Source of the DNA: an uncultured Anaerolineaceae bacterium
Lineage (GTDB): Bacteria; Chloroflexota; Limnocylindria; Limnocylindrales; CSP1-4
Length of the DNA stretch: 64,000 bases
Direction: 5' to 3'
NCBI GenBank assembly: GCA_964425305.1
Contig: CAYRMQ010000001.1
Span: 1,786 to 65,785, forward strand
Shown here: one piece after another, positions 47,319-56,185 of the stretch
Layout: every line of letters starts with the position of its first letter
Position numbering within the stretch: the stretch's first letter is position 1
Notes under the pieces: generated by a model
Told to the model about the DNA's origin: nothing
The model's database searches: none
Seen by the model: the letters and a program-made list of their open reading frames with translations, nothing else
Translations under genes and position numbers: made by a program

Positions 47319-47704
47319 CGGGCGCCCCGCGCGGGCAGACCCGGCTGGGCGGGGCGCGGCTCGATCGCGACGTAGACGGTCACGAGGGGATCCCCGGAGG
47401 TGGCCCACAGGCTATGGCGGATCCCGGGCATGGTCACCACCGCATCGCCTGGGCGCAGCAGGATCTCGTCTTCCTCCTCCAGGAGGATGCCCTGCCCACT
47501 GATGACGTAGTGAACCTCGGGTACGTCGTGCGCTTCCCATTCGCTGCGCGGGTCCCAGCCGTGCCGAGGAGGTTTGAAAGCGGCCACGCCAACGCCCACG
47601 CCTTCCGGCCCGTCTCGGCGGACGCAGCGCCATACCGTCACGTGGTGATGCTCCTCGGCCGCGACATCGGCCGTGTTAACCCTGAGTGCCACATTTCCCT
47701 CCAT
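47315..47704 (-). CDS. cupin domain protein
   Basis: 129 aa. Cupin motifs EAHDVPEVHYVISGQG and PGDAVVTMPGIRH. First gene of a three-gene overlapping operon. Confidence 0.8.
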   Translation of the reverse strand: MEGNVALRVNTADVAAEEHHHVTVWRCVRRDGPEGVGVGVAAFKPPRHGWDPRSEWEAHDVPEVHYVISGQGILLEEEDEILLRPGDAVVTMPGIRHSLWATSGDPLVTVYVAIEPRPAQPGLPARGAR

Positions 47705-47731
47705 CAGTCACCCACAAGCGTGGGTCGCACA

Positions 47732-47754
47732 ACTAGTCTATACGTGTATACTAC
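47732..47754. promoter_or_regulatory. operator site 2, ACTAGTCTATACGTGTATACTAC (cupin/Ldh2 divergent region)
   Basis: Contains tandem GTCTATAC and GTGTATAC boxes and the -10-like TATACT. It is 16/18 identical to the reverse complement of site 4. Confidence 0.6.
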
Positions 47755-47825
47755 GGCCTGCGGCGTGCCAGGGTGACATCTGATCGCGGACCGTTGCGCC
47801 GCCGGGAGACCAAGGAGGGACGCTG

Positions 47826-48896
47826 ATGACCGTGGCCGCCGCGCTGACGGACGCTCGCGTCAATCCGGACCGCCTGGAGAGCTTCGTGGCCCAACTGTTC
47901 GTTGGTGCCGGCGCTTCGGAGGCCGACGGCGAGCTGATTGCGAGAATCGCCGTCTCCACTGATCTCCGCGGCGCGTACTCGCACGGGTGCGCTCTGGTGC
48001 CCGGCTATCTCGAGCGCATGCTGAACGGCCAGATCGATCCACGTGGGCGACCGCGCGTCGGCAAGGATGCCGGCGCCGCGCTGGTGGTCGACGGTGGCAA
48101 CAGCCTGGGCCATGTCGGCGTGACGTTCGCCATGGGGCAGGTGATCGAGCGAGCCGAATCGACCGGCATCGCAGCGGCAGCCGTGGGCAACAGCAACCAC
48201 TGTGGCGCGATGGCCTCGTATGCCATGCAGGCGCTGCCTCACGACATGATCGGGATGGCCACCACCAACGGATTACCCACAATGGCCTGGTGGGGAGGGC
48301 TTGACCGGATCCTGTCGATCAACCCGGTGGGCATCGCGATCCCGACCCAGAACGAGCAGGCGATCGTCATCGACACGTCCTTTGGCGCCGCCGCACGGGG
48401 CAAGATCCTTATCCACCAACAGCTGGGACTGCCGCTGCCCGATGGCTGGGCAACCGATGCCGACGGCCAGCCGACGACCGATCCGGCAGCCGCGCTGGGC
48501 GGGTTGATCCAGCCGGCCGGCGAATACAAGGGAACCAGCATGGCGCTGGTGATGGGCATCCTCTCGGCGCTGCTTTCGGGAGCCGCATATGGCACTGAGC
48601 TCGGCAACTTCGTAGACGGTCCTAAGGCAGGCCGAGACGGGCAGTTCGCGCTGGCTATTCACGTCGCCGCTTTCGAGGATCCGGACACCTTCAAGTCGCG
48701 GGTGGATGGGATCGTCCGCGAGATCCATCGCAGCCGCCGCGCGCCGGGCGTGGAGCGCCTCTGGCTCCCCGGCGAGCGGGCGGCCGAAACGGAACGACGC
48801 TACCGCAGGGAGGGCGTGCCCATCACCGAGGCGACTCGCCAAGGGCTGCTGGCAGTGGCGGAGCGAACAGGCGTCGATGCCACCAGCCTCGACTGA
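47826..48896 (+). CDS. Ldh family oxidoreductase (malate/L-lactate dehydrogenase family 2)
   Basis: AAGGAGGGA SD. Reads RGAYSHG, GNSNHCGAMASYA and TSFGAAARGK, typical of Ldh_2. Confidence 0.85.
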   Translation: MTVAAALTDARVNPDRLESFVAQLFVGAGASEADGELIARIAVSTDLRGAYSHGCALVPGYLERMLNGQIDPRGRPRVGKDAGAALVVDGGNSLGHVGVTFAMGQVIERAESTGIAAAAVGNSNHCGAMASYAMQALPHDMIGMATTNGLPTMAWWGGLDRILSINPVGIAIPTQNEQAIVIDTSFGAAARGKILIHQQLGLPLPDGWATDADGQPTTDPAAALGGLIQPAGEYKGTSMALVMGILSALLSGAAYGTELGNFVDGPKAGRDGQFALAIHVAAFEDPDTFKSRVDGIVREIHRSRRAPGVERLWLPGERAAETERRYRREGVPITEATRQGLLAVAERTGVDATSLD

Positions 48897-48927
48897 ACGT
48901 GCCTAACCGGAGACCGCGAGGATAACG

Positions 48928-50346
48928 ATGAGCCATCGGGGCCCGACAATCGATGCCGCTTACCGCGAACGCTTTGCCGGCTCGGCCGTGCTCTACGAGC
49001 AAGCACGCGGCTTGATGCCTTCCGGCGTCAACCACGACATCCGCTGGATCCCGCCGTTTCCGGTTTACATCTCGCATGCCGATCGGGCGCGCAAGTGGGA
49101 CGTCGATGGCAACGAGCTGCTCGACTACTGTGTCGGGCACGGCGCGTTGATACTGGGCCACGGCCACCCCAAGGTCGTGGCCGCCATCGCGGACCAGGTC
49201 GCCCGGGTGACACACGCCTCGGCACCCACCGAGCACGAGGTGCGCTGGGCGCAGCTCGTGACCCGGATCGTGCCCAGCGCCGAACGGGTTCGCTTCGTGC
49301 TCAGCGGCACCGAGGCGACCATGCTCGCCCTGCGGCTGGTACGCGCATACACGGGTCGCAGCGTGGTTGTCCGCGTCGACGGACACTTTCATGGCTGGCA
49401 CGACTACGCCATGGTGCACTGGCTGCCGCCCTTCGAGCTTGCCTCGTCTGCGGGCGTGCCCGATGAGATTGCCGCGACCCTGCGCTCGGTCCCGCTGCAT
49501 GACCTTGACGCGATGGAACGAGCATTGGCGCCGGGCGATGTCGCGGGCGTGATCATTGAGCCGGACGGCCCGGTAGTTGGTACCGTGCCCAGCCCGCCCG
49601 GCTATCTGCAGGGCGTGCGCGAGCTGACCAGCCGCTACGGAGTTCCGCTCATCTTCGACGAGGTAGTTACCGGATTTCGCCTGGCGCCAGGGGGCGGGCA
49701 GGAGTACTTCGACGTCACGCCCGACGTCTCGACTTTCGCCAAAGCGATCGCCGGGGGAACGCCTTCAGGCGCAGTGGTCGGGCGCGCCGACATCATGGAG
49801 CTGATCTCGTACCGCAGTGATCGGCAATGGAATCGGGTGAACCGCGTGGCGCACATGGGCACCTACAGCGCGCATCCCGTCGCCGCCGCCGCCGGAAGCG
49901 CGGCGCTCGAGCTGCTGGCTGACGGCTCCGTACAGAACCTCACGGCCGAGCTCGCAGACCGCCTGCGCGCGGGCCTCAACGGCGTCCTGCGCGAAGCCGG
50001 CGTGGCCGGCTGCGCCTACGGCATCCGGTCATGCTTCCGCTTCGTAGTAGGCGACGACGACGAGCTGCCAGATACGGTGGACGTCGCCGAGTTCCTGGCC
50101 GGCGCATCCGTCTCCCGGCTCCTCGAGGGAACGCGCCAGCCGCTCCGGAGCACGCTCCAGAAGGGATTCCTGCTCGAAGGCCTTGACTTCATGGGCGGCA
50201 ACCACGGCTGGCTTTCCAGCGCCCACGCCGAGGCCGATGTGGACTCCAGCGTGGAAGGCTTTGCCCGGGCCCTGGGTCGGGCAATCAATGAAGGCGTGAT
50301 CTCCGCGCGGCGAGGCACGCTCGCTCGCGCCGCCGCGCGGGCATGA
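48928..50346 (+). CDS. class III pyridoxal-phosphate aminotransferase (glutamate-1-semialdehyde aminomutase-like)
   Basis: Reads GHGALILGHGHP, SGTEATMLALRLVRAYTG, FDEVVTGFR and FAKAIAGG (the PLP Lys). Confidence 0.85.
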   Translation: MSHRGPTIDAAYRERFAGSAVLYEQARGLMPSGVNHDIRWIPPFPVYISHADRARKWDVDGNELLDYCVGHGALILGHGHPKVVAAIADQVARVTHASAPTEHEVRWAQLVTRIVPSAERVRFVLSGTEATMLALRLVRAYTGRSVVVRVDGHFHGWHDYAMVHWLPPFELASSAGVPDEIAATLRSVPLHDLDAMERALAPGDVAGVIIEPDGPVVGTVPSPPGYLQGVRELTSRYGVPLIFDEVVTGFRLAPGGGQEYFDVTPDVSTFAKAIAGGTPSGAVVGRADIMELISYRSDRQWNRVNRVAHMGTYSAHPVAAAAGSAALELLADGSVQNLTAELADRLRAGLNGVLREAGVAGCAYGIRSCFRFVVGDDDELPDTVDVAEFLAGASVSRLLEGTRQPLRSTLQKGFLLEGLDFMGGNHGWLSSAHAEADVDSSVEGFARALGRAINEGVISARRGTLARAAARA

Positions 50347-51353
50347 GCGAAGCGGCGACTATCCGTCAGCGTACTGTTCACTTCGGCCTGGGCCCCATCG
50401 GCCTGGCCACGCTGCGCTCGGTCGCTGCCCGGCCGCAGGTCCTCGTCTCGGGAGGCGTCGACGTCAGGGAGGACCTCCAGGGACGCGACGTCGGCGAGCT
50501 TGCCGGTATCGGCCGATGTGGCGCCCGAGTGGTGCGTTCGCTCTCGGAGGTCGGACCACGGGGATTTGCCGAGGTAGTCGTCCACTGCGCCGGCTCGCAC
50601 GTGGATCGCGTGGCCGGTCAGATCATCGATGCGCTTGCCTGGGGTGCGTCGGTGGTGACCACCTGCGAGGAACTGGCCTATCCCTGGTTCCACCACCCCG
50701 GCGAGGCGCGGCGCATCCACGAAGCGGCGCTGGCCGCCGGACGCACGGTGCTTGCCACGGGCATCAATCCCGGCTTTGCCATGGATGCGCTGGCCATCCA
50801 CTTGACATCCGTCAGCGATTCGGTCGAACGAGTCGAGGTACGACGTGTCGTCGACGCAGGCACGCGCCGGGGCCCTCTCCAGCTTAAAGTGGGCGCGGGT
50901 ATCTCGCCAGAGCAGTTCGAGCAACGCCGCGCAGCCGGCACGATCGGCCACGTCGGCCTCGTCGAGTCCGTCGCGCTGATCGCTGCCGCCCTTGGCTGGC
51001 GGCTGAGCACCATCGAGGAGACACTCGACCCGGTACTCTCCGACGCGCCCGTGATGTCAGATGTGCTTACCGTCGAGCCGGGCCAGGTGGCCGGTATTCG
51101 CCAGGTCGCCGTCGGGCGCGCCGGCTCCACCGAGCTAATCCGCCTGCACCTCGAGATGTATGTCGGTGCGCCGGATCCGCGCGACGAGACGACGATCGAG
51201 GGACGACCCGTCATCAGCAGCACCACGCAGGGCCTACACGGCGACGTTTGCACGGCGGCCATCACTGCGAATGCAGTCGCGGCGCTTCCGCGACTGCGGC
51301 CTGGCTTGATCACCACGATTGACCTTCTTCCCCTGCGTGGCCTGGCCACCTAG
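50343..51353 (+). CDS. dihydrodipicolinate-reductase-like NAD(P) amine dehydrogenase family protein
   Basis: ATGA overlap with the upstream stop. N-terminal GLGPIG Rossmann, GINPGFAMD and GHVGLVES, resembling the 2,4-diaminopentanoate dehydrogenase type as recalled. Confidence 0.7.
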   Translation: MSEAATIRQRTVHFGLGPIGLATLRSVAARPQVLVSGGVDVREDLQGRDVGELAGIGRCGARVVRSLSEVGPRGFAEVVVHCAGSHVDRVAGQIIDALAWGASVVTTCEELAYPWFHHPGEARRIHEAALAAGRTVLATGINPGFAMDALAIHLTSVSDSVERVEVRRVVDAGTRRGPLQLKVGAGISPEQFEQRRAAGTIGHVGLVESVALIAAALGWRLSTIEETLDPVLSDAPVMSDVLTVEPGQVAGIRQVAVGRAGSTELIRLHLEMYVGAPDPRDETTIEGRPVISSTTQGLHGDVCTAAITANAVAALPRLRPGLITTIDLLPLRGLAT

Positions 51354-51420
51354 CTTCGCGGAGCGTCCACCCAGGCCCGATCTTCATCGTGTCGATGGTG
51401 CCAGTATCGACATAAGGAGC

Positions 51421-51449
51421 ATAGACGGGACTAGACAGGTATACTATCG
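51421..51449. promoter_or_regulatory. operator site 3, ATAGACGGGACTAGACAGGTATACTATCG (upstream of ABC module 1)
   Basis: Direct half-sites TAGACGGG and TAGACAGG followed by TATACT. Lies 104 nt upstream of the SBP start. Confidence 0.6.
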
Positions 51450-51552
51450 TATGCTTGGCAGGCCGCCCGCGAGAGGTCCAACGGATGTTCGCCGTAGCCC
51501 CACGGGTATCCCGCGCAGTTGTTCGCCGACAACGGACTTGAGGAGGAAGCAG

Positions 51553-52923
51553 ATGAGTCATCTGCGCTGGGTCGCCGTAACATCGATCGTCGCGCTGATC
51601 AGCGTGAGCTGTACCGGCGCTCCTCCCGCCACGCAGCCGCCCGCGACGCAGCCACCCGCGGCGCCCACCACTGCGCCTGGTGAGACGCCTGCCCCAACCG
51701 CTGAACCGACACCAGACAACCGCCAGGTAGATCTCGTGTTCGCCAGGTGGACGAGCGGTAATGCCGTCGACGAGACCTACGAGCAGTTCATCGCGGCCTA
51801 CATCGCCAGCGACCCGCGGGTCACCAGCATCACCCAGGACCTTCAGCCTTTCAACCGTTACACCGACGTGCTGAACGTCAAGCTAGCCGGTGGACAGCCG
51901 CCCGACATTGCCTGGATTCCGTTCAACCTGGCGCCGGCCTATATCGATGCAGGCGCGCTGCTCGACCTCAAGCCGTACCTCGAGGCCATCCCCGACTACC
52001 AGTTCGAAGACCTCCGGCCGAGCGCGCTCGAGCCATGGTCGAGAGGAGATGCTCTCTACGGCATCCCCTTCACCAACTCGACCAACGTCGTCTACTACAA
52101 CATCGACATGTTCGAGGCGGCGGGGGTCAAGACACCGGCCGAGATGCTCGCCGACGGCGAGTGGACGTGGGAGAACGTCCGCGAGATCTCGCAGGCGATC
52201 ACCGACAGTGGTGCGGCGCGCTTCGGCTTCATGTTCGGCAACAACATCTTCGTCAACGGCTGGCGGATCCTGGAGGATATCTGGGCACCGTATGGCGGTG
52301 GTCCTTGGACCGAGGACGGTAAGACCTGCCGCTTCAACGCGCCCGAGACCGTAGCGGCGACCGAGCTCGTGTGGCACATGATCTACACCGACGGCAGCCA
52401 TCCCGAGCCTGGCGTGGAGGTTTCCTTCTTCCCCGGCGACTCGGTGGCGATGACGCTGATGCGGCCGAGCCAGGTGGTCAACCTCGCCGACGCCTCCTTC
52501 CGCTGGGATGTGGCGCCCCAACCTTCAGGCCCTCTGGGCTACGTGCCGGCTGCCGCGACCAACGGCATCACCGTGCTTGCCGCCGGGGCCAACCCCGACA
52601 TCGCCGCCGAGGTCGTAGCCTTCTTCTCGACGGTCGAGAACTCCAGGATCATGGGCGTCAACTTCCCTTCGGCGAGGATTTCCCTGCAGACAGCGGCAAT
52701 CCTCAAGGAGGTCAACCCGCTGTTCACCGAGGAGCAGCTACAGCAAACCGTCATCGCGGCGATCAGCGCACCCAACGCTTCGTGGGGTTACTCGCATCCC
52801 AACTTCGGCCCGCTCAACTCGAACGCCCAGCGTGTCATTGACGGTCAGCTCTGGCGGCCCGACGCCGACATCCAGGGCGCTCTCGATGCAACGTGTGAGG
52901 AGATCGTCGATCTCCTTGGCTGA
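51553..52923 (+). CDS. ABC transporter solute-binding lipoprotein, module 1
   Basis: GAGGAGGAAG SD. Signal peptide with Cys (ALISVSC) and a Pro/Thr/Ala linker. About 55-60 percent identical by eye to the module 2 SBP. Confidence 0.9.
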   Translation: MSHLRWVAVTSIVALISVSCTGAPPATQPPATQPPAAPTTAPGETPAPTAEPTPDNRQVDLVFARWTSGNAVDETYEQFIAAYIASDPRVTSITQDLQPFNRYTDVLNVKLAGGQPPDIAWIPFNLAPAYIDAGALLDLKPYLEAIPDYQFEDLRPSALEPWSRGDALYGIPFTNSTNVVYYNIDMFEAAGVKTPAEMLADGEWTWENVREISQAITDSGAARFGFMFGNNIFVNGWRILEDIWAPYGGGPWTEDGKTCRFNAPETVAATELVWHMIYTDGSHPEPGVEVSFFPGDSVAMTLMRPSQVVNLADASFRWDVAPQPSGPLGYVPAAATNGITVLAAGANPDIAAEVVAFFSTVENSRIMGVNFPSARISLQTAAILKEVNPLFTEEQLQQTVIAAISAPNASWGYSHPNFGPLNSNAQRVIDGQLWRPDADIQGALDATCEEIVDLLG

Positions 52924-53002
52924 ACAGCGACCGTTCGTCATGTCCACGACCCTACCCGGCGCGCCCAACTAGGCCGGGTAGGGTCCGTGGTCTGAGCCCA
53001 GC

Positions 53003-53938
53003 ATGACGCGGGACGCCCTCGTCGAAGCTCGCCCACGGCGCACTTGGTGGCCGCGCGCAATAACCTACTGGCAGCGCGATTCGCTGGCCGGCTACGTCTT
53101 CATCACACCCCAGCTGCTGGGCTTCCTGGTATTCGTCCTGGGGCCCATCGTGGCCGTGTTCTGGTTCAGCGCACACGACTGGAACATCGTGTCGGGCCGA
53201 ATGCAGTTCAGTGGACTGGCCAACTACGGGGCGATCGGCTCCGACAAACTGATGGGCACGGTTGCCCGTAATTCGATCATCTTCTCGCTTGGCTACGTAC
53301 CGCTCAACGTGGGCATAGGCTTGGCGCTGGCCCTCGCGTTGAACCGTGCTATCCGCGGTATCTCACTGTTCAGGACCTTCTACTTTCTACCGGTCGTGGT
53401 CAGCCTCGTCGCCTGGACCATCGTCTGGCGGTTCATGCTGAACAACGACGGTGCGCTTAACGCGGGCCTGCGTGTGTTAGGGCTCGACGGAGCGAACTGG
53501 CTGCGCCATGAGACCCTGGCGATGGCCGCCGTCATCTTGGTCCAGATCCTGAAGAACGCCGGCCTCAGCATGGTGCTCTTCCTGGCGGCGCTTCAGGGCA
53601 TACCGCGGGACCTCGAGGAGGCCGCCCGGGTCGACGGAGCTGGCGACTGGCGGGTCTTTCGGCACATCACCGTGCCAATGATCACACCGTTCATCTTCCT
53701 AGTGACGATCCTGGCCGTGATCACCTCCATGAAGTCCTTCGCGCTGATCTTCCTGATGACCAGAGGTGGCCCTGGTGAGGCGACCACCGTGCTGGCCTAC
53801 TACATCTACGAGGTCGCCTTCCACTTCTTCGAGATGGGCTACGCGAGTGCGCTGGCGATCATCCTGTTTGTCGCCGTGCTGCTGTTCACCATCATCCAGT
53901 TCGCGATCAGGAAGCGCTGGGTCTTCTATGAGAGCTAG
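53003..53938 (+). CDS. ABC transporter permease 1, module 1
   Basis: EAA loop EEAARVDGAGDWRVFRHITVP and six TM helices. Confidence 0.9.
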   Translation: MTRDALVEARPRRTWWPRAITYWQRDSLAGYVFITPQLLGFLVFVLGPIVAVFWFSAHDWNIVSGRMQFSGLANYGAIGSDKLMGTVARNSIIFSLGYVPLNVGIGLALALALNRAIRGISLFRTFYFLPVVVSLVAWTIVWRFMLNNDGALNAGLRVLGLDGANWLRHETLAMAAVILVQILKNAGLSMVLFLAALQGIPRDLEEAARVDGAGDWRVFRHITVPMITPFIFLVTILAVITSMKSFALIFLMTRGGPGEATTVLAYYIYEVAFHFFEMGYASALAIILFVAVLLFTIIQFAIRKRWVFYES

Positions 53939-54785
53939 GCTGACCTTGCGGCGGGCTGCGCGCACGGCCCTCGCCTACGTGCTGCTGATCGTCCTGGCCG
54001 TGCCTCTTGTGTTCCCCATGTGGTGGATGTTCGTCTCCTCACTCAAGAGCCCAGCAGACGTGTTCGCCTATCCACCAGCCCTGTGGCCTCATAGCATCCG
54101 CCTCGAGAACTATCTCTTGATCTTTACCGAGGCACCGTTCGCCCTCCAATACTTCAACAGTCTGTATATCGGTGCAGCCAACACGATCGGCACGATCGCC
54201 GTGGCAGCAATCGCCGGCTACGCCTTCGCGCGGATCCGGTTCGCCGGCAGCACGGCAATTTTCGTTCTACTGCTCACCGCGTTATTGATGCCGGCCGAGG
54301 TCACCATCATTCCCCTGTTTGTGCTCTTCCGTGAGCTCGACTGGCTGGGTACCCACCTGCCCCTGCTGACTGAGCCGATGTTCGGGTCGTCGGCAGTGGT
54401 CGGCACCTTCCTCATGCGACAGTACTTCCTCGCTCTGCCGGTCGAACTCGAGGACGCTGGTCGACTCGATGGCCTGGGCCGGTTCGGCCTCTTCCGACAT
54501 ATCGCACTGCCGCTCGCCAAGCCAGCCCTGGCGACACTCGCCATCCTGACCTTCCTAAGCAGCTGGAACTCCTTCCTCGAGCCGCTGGTCTTCCTCGGCG
54601 GGCAGCCTGAGTTGTTCACACTCCCGCTGGCGCTTACCCAATACGTCCAGGGCCTTCAGGGTGACCCTGCCTGGCACCTGCAGCTCGCCGCCTCCACGCT
54701 GAGTGCCATACCAATGATCGTCGTGTTCATGCTCGCCCAGCGGCACTTCATCCAGGGCATAGCCCGCATCGGCATCCAGGGCTGA
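53928..54785 (+). CDS. ABC transporter permease 2, module 1
   Basis: Met55 of ORF 53766..54785. EAA loop EDAGRLDGLGRFGLFRHIALP. Confidence 0.9.
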   Translation: MRARLTLRRAARTALAYVLLIVLAVPLVFPMWWMFVSSLKSPADVFAYPPALWPHSIRLENYLLIFTEAPFALQYFNSLYIGAANTIGTIAVAAIAGYAFARIRFAGSTAIFVLLLTALLMPAEVTIIPLFVLFRELDWLGTHLPLLTEPMFGSSAVVGTFLMRQYFLALPVELEDAGRLDGLGRFGLFRHIALPLAKPALATLAILTFLSSWNSFLEPLVFLGGQPELFTLPLALTQYVQGLQGDPAWHLQLAASTLSAIPMIVVFMLAQRHFIQGIARIGIQG

Positions 54786-54820
54786 TCCGCGCGTCAGCCA
54801 GCCGGCCGCCCGCGCCGGCC

Positions 54821-56107
54821 CTATCCCGCTCGGCCCTGTTGAGGCGATGCGACCACCTGCCTCGCCGCCAACGCTGCAGGCGTGTGGCCTCGCTCTTCGA
54901 GCTCAGCTTGGAAACGACGCACAGCGGGTCGCAGGCCTCCCGCCGGATTCGGGTCAAAACCCTCACTCGATAGCGCTATGTCGATCCAATCGGCGAGCGG
55001 CTCGAGCACGCCTGGCGCCAGCCGCCTGCCGGCCACGTACGTCGCGGTGCAGGTGAGCAGCTGCTTGACGACGCGGACGTCACCACCGGTGTCGTAGAGC
55101 GGAAACGAGCCTTCGTGGACCTTCAGCAGCGAGACATCGGCGGGCCGGCCGGGTCGCAGAAGGCCGAAGTCGTGCTGACCACCGACAGTCATCGCCGGAG
55201 CCCACGTGCAAGCCCGGATGACTTCGACGAGCGGCATGCCCAGATGCAGAAACTTGCTCATGCACGTCGGCAGGTCGAACATCGGCCCACGTACGCTGAC
55301 CTGCCATGAGTCGGTGGAGATCGTGTCTGGAAAGAGGTCATCGGCGACGAGCTTCTCGGCCGCGGCCCAGGAGAACGACCCCGCCCCATGGCCGACATCG
55401 AAGCGCACCCCGCGCTCCTTCGCCGCACGGGCCGCTTCGCGAAGGTGGCCATCGGTCCCTGCCAAGCACATCGTCTGGCCCGTAAAGGCATGCGTCACGA
55501 CGTCCCCATCGCGCACCATGGCGAGCACGTCGTCCACGGGCGGAGGTTGTTGGGCGATGTGGACCATGAGCGGTAGTCCGGCCAGGTCGGCGGCGCGTCG
55601 TGCCACGCGAAGAGGCTGCAGATCGCACTGGCCCATGCTCACCTTCACGCCCACCACGACGTCGTCGTGACGCCGGGCCACGGCGGCCAACATGTCCGCG
55701 TCCCGCTCGTGTATCCCGCCGGGAGGCACCAACGGAGCCCCGCCGAGCCCGATACGCAGAAGGCTTCTGACGCGTACCTGCGACTTCTCGATGACGTGCT
55801 CCCGCATCGCTTCGATCGTTGTCGGGTAGGCGGAGCCGGCGTCGATCCAGGTGGTCACGCCACTCATGGCCGCCAAGCTGTCGGCGTTGACGGCGTGAGG
55901 CGTCGTCCTCCAGTTCACGTGTGAGTGAAGGTCGACGAGCCCCGGGACAACTAGCTGGCCCGTCGCGTCGACGACGGTCGCCTCTGGATCCGGCCGGATG
56001 CGCTCGGCGATGGCAGAGATGCGGCCGCCGCCAATAGCGACGTCCGCCCGGAACGCCGTACGCTTCTCCGGATCTACCACCGTTCCGCCGGCGATGAGTG
56101 TGTCCAA
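54821..56107 (-). CDS. amidohydrolase family metallo-hydrolase (deacetylase/dihydroorotase-like)
   Basis: The TTG start has AGGAG 7 nt upstream. N-terminal DTLIAGGTVVDP, the metal motif VDLHSHV, and later VHIA, HAFTG and DVGHG. Confidence 0.85.
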   Translation of the reverse strand: MDTLIAGGTVVDPEKRTAFRADVAIGGGRISAIAERIRPDPEATVVDATGQLVVPGLVDLHSHVNWRTTPHAVNADSLAAMSGVTTWIDAGSAYPTTIEAMREHVIEKSQVRVRSLLRIGLGGAPLVPPGGIHERDADMLAAVARRHDDVVVGVKVSMGQCDLQPLRVARRAADLAGLPLMVHIAQQPPPVDDVLAMVRDGDVVTHAFTGQTMCLAGTDGHLREAARAAKERGVRFDVGHGAGSFSWAAAEKLVADDLFPDTISTDSWQVSVRGPMFDLPTCMSKFLHLGMPLVEVIRACTWAPAMTVGGQHDFGLLRPGRPADVSLLKVHEGSFPLYDTGGDVRVVKQLLTCTATYVAGRRLAPGVLEPLADWIDIALSSEGFDPNPAGGLRPAVRRFQAELEERGHTPAALAARQVVASPQQGRAG

Positions 56108-56163
56108 GCCATGACTCCTGGCTATGACTGCTGCGGCCGCTCAGCAGGGGCTCAAGGCCGCGC

Positions 56164-56181
56164 TGTACACGTATATACTAG
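56164..56181. promoter_or_regulatory. operator site 4, TGTACACGTATATACTAG (amidohydrolase/MBL divergent region)
   Basis: The reverse complement CTAGTATATACGTGTACA matches site 2. Contains GTATATAC and TATACT. Confidence 0.6.
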
Positions 56182-56185
56182 CGCC

